Below are positions 47,654 through 49,066 of a stretch of DNA of 49,066 nucleotides, piece after piece. The notes below the pieces were generated by a model that did not search any database, was not told the origin of the DNA, and saw only the letters and a list, made by a program, of their open reading frames with translations. Each line of letters opens with the position of its first letter. Positions within the stretch are counted from its first letter, which is position 1. This DNA comes from an uncultured bacterium (lineage in GTDB: Bacteria; Actinomycetota; Actinomycetes; S36-B12; UBA5976), in NCBI GenBank assembly GCA_963978265.1, contig CAXBQV010000002.1, positions 1-49,066 of the forward strand, written 5' to 3'. Made by a program: the position numbers and the translations under genes.

Positions 47654-48535
47654 GTGGACCGGATCGCCGTGACGTTGCTTGCGTGGTATGAGACGTCACG
47701 ACGCCCATTGCCCTGGCGTTCGCCGAGAACGAGCGCATGGGGCGTATACGTCAGCGAGATCATGGCCCAGCAAACGCAGGTGGAACGTGTTGCACCGCTG
47801 TGGAAGCAATGGATGCGGCGGTGGCCGAACCCCGCGGCACTCGCTTCTGCGAGGCCTGCTGACGTGTTGCGTGCGTGGGACCGACTCGGATATCCGCGAC
47901 GTGCATTGTGGATGCACCAAGCCGCTCAGCAAATGGTCGCGGAGCACAACGGTCGGGTCCCGCGGACCGAGGCAGAACTGCGCGCCCTCCCGGGAATCGG
48001 TGAGTACACGGCCGCAGCAATCCGTGCATTCGCATTCAAGCAGCGCGCGATCGTGCTCGATGTGAATGTGCGACGGGTTCACAGCAGGCTGTACTTCGGT
48101 GCGGACTCGCCGCCCGGTGCGGTCACGAATGCCGAACGCGAGCACCATGAGCGGTTCCTACCGGAGGACCGTCTGACCGCGTCGATATTGTCGCAAGCAG
48201 TGATGGAGTTCGGTGCACTGGTGTGCACCGCGAAGAACCCGAAGTGCGCCGAGTGCCCACTCCGTGCACATTGCACGTGGTTCGCGGCCGGCTCACCCGC
48301 ACCAGGGCAGCGTCGCCGGCAACCGAAGTTCGACGGCACCGATCGGCAATGCCGCGGCATACTGATGAAGGTCCTACGCGATGCGGATGGTCCGGTTTCG
48401 GCGTCGGCGTTGGAGCGTGCGTGGGTAGACGGGTTGCAGCGGCAGCGCTGCCTCGACGGCCTCGTTGCGGATGGACTGGTGGTTCCGGTGGCGCGGAAGC
48501 GATTCGCGCTGCCCGGTGATCACGCGGTCAACTGA
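47654..48535 (+). CDS. mutY: A/G-specific adenine DNA glycosylase
   Basis: LLAWYETSRRPLPWR, EIMAQQTQV, HhH-GPD LPGIGEYTAAAI and the 4Fe-4S cluster CTAKNPKCAECPLRAHC are present. Confidence 0.9.
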   Translation: MDRIAVTLLAWYETSRRPLPWRSPRTSAWGVYVSEIMAQQTQVERVAPLWKQWMRRWPNPAALASARPADVLRAWDRLGYPRRALWMHQAAQQMVAEHNGRVPRTEAELRALPGIGEYTAAAIRAFAFKQRAIVLDVNVRRVHSRLYFGADSPPGAVTNAEREHHERFLPEDRLTASILSQAVMEFGALVCTAKNPKCAECPLRAHCTWFAAGSPAPGQRRRQPKFDGTDRQCRGILMKVLRDADGPVSASALERAWVDGLQRQRCLDGLVADGLVVPVARKRFALPGDHAVN

Positions 48536-49066
48536 CGCAATGCGTCGCGGATGTCCGAAACCTCGATCAACCGCATTCCGGCAGGAGCTTTCCCGGAATC
48601 CGGCGGGACGATCGCAGTGGTGATACCGAGTCGTGCAGCTTCGGCGAGCCGCCGCGAGACACCAGCCACGCGGCGGACATCACCGGCGAGCCCGACCTCG
48701 CCGATTGCGATGTAGCCGAGGGGCAATGACCGATTCGAGGCAGCGCCGGCGATCGCAAGTGCGATGGCAAGGTCGGCAGCCGGTTCGGTGATGCGAACCC
48801 CACCAACGGTGGCAGCATGCACGTCACGCATTGCCAACGGCACACCACCGCGACGTTCGAGCACGGCGAGCACCATGGCGACGCGCGCATTGTCCAGACC
48901 GGAGGTGGCACGGCGTGGTGACGGTGACTGCGTTGTTGCAACGAGTGCTTGCACTTCGGCAAGCAACGGGCGGGTACCTTCGATGGTCATTGTGAGACAC
49001 GTTCCGTCGACCGACTCCGCGCGGTCGCTGACGAACAGCCCAGACGGGTCGTCGATACCGTTGATA
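48520..49066 (-). CDS. radA: DNA repair protein RadA, C-terminal Lon-like domain (5' end outside window)
   Basis: The frame is open to the window edge. GTRPLLAEVQALV...ATSGLDNARVAMVLAVLERR...GEVGLAGDVR is typical of the RadA C-terminus. Confidence 0.9.
   Translation of the reverse strand, partial: INGIDDPSGLFVSDRAESVDGTCLTMTIEGTRPLLAEVQALVATTQSPSPRRATSGLDNARVAMVLAVLERRGGVPLAMRDVHAATVGGVRITEPAADLAIALAIAGAASNRSLPLGYIAIGEVGLAGDVRRVAGVSRRLAEAARLGITTAIVPPDSGKAPAGMRLIEVSDIRDALRQLTA

Noticed and set aside
1-49066. Search for CRISPR arrays, IS elements, rRNA, prophage genes, toxin-antitoxin pairs and known defence systems.
   Set aside because: I saw no regularly spaced direct repeats, no transposase, integrase or recombinase-like ORFs, no terminal inverted repeats and no small two-gene TA-like cassettes. 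Every sizeable ORF is accounted for by a conserved housekeeping family.

Overview
This is a high-GC Actinomycetota chromosomal segment that starts inside dnaN, just downstream of oriC. It is almost entirely conserved housekeeping genes. Gene order: dnaN-recF-DUF721(dciA-like)-gyrB-gyrA-DUF3566; tRNA-Ile, a 40-codon micro-ORF and tRNA-Ala; a YczE-like membrane protein, ppiA and a rhomboid; crgA; DUF881 and trpG; then the pknB-pbpA-rodA-pstP-fhaB-fhaA cell-growth operon. Next come a geranylgeranyl-reductase-family enzyme, a PAP2 phosphatase, two convergent YciI-like proteins, tRNA-Leu, an FAD oxidoreductase, a GDPD, a UPF0016 transporter, DUF4446 and pheA. A long co-directional minus-strand chain follows: NUDIX-DUF6049-murJ-trxB-trxA-cwlM-aminotransferase-ddl-HMA. 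The window ends with cca, an MFS transporter, ino1-padR, DUF5318-ponA, an alanine-racemase-like/FemAB pair, xthA, clpC, a 4-Cys anchored protein, mutY and the 3' end of radA. I call 50 CDS (2 cut by the window edges) and 3 tRNAs, none with an encoded CCA, plus a few hairpins and promoter-like motifs. Coding density is extreme: many same-strand 4-nt start/stop overlaps, and most convergent pairs overlap at their stop codons. I found no transposase, integrase, phage gene, CRISPR array, rRNA, toxin-antitoxin pair or recognisable defence system. My honest reading is that this is a core region, not an accessory island. The least ordinary items are: (1) the micro-ORF between tRNA-Ile and tRNA-Ala, whose stop codon is made of tRNA-Ala nucleotides; (2) a SigH/SigR-type promoter heading a trxB-trxA-cwlM-aminotransferase-ddl-HMA chain; (3) conserved unknowns tightly coupled to cell-wall enzymes (DUF6049-murJ, DUF5318-ponA, alr-like-FemAB). 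Family names and Rv numbers are from memory, and no database search was possible.
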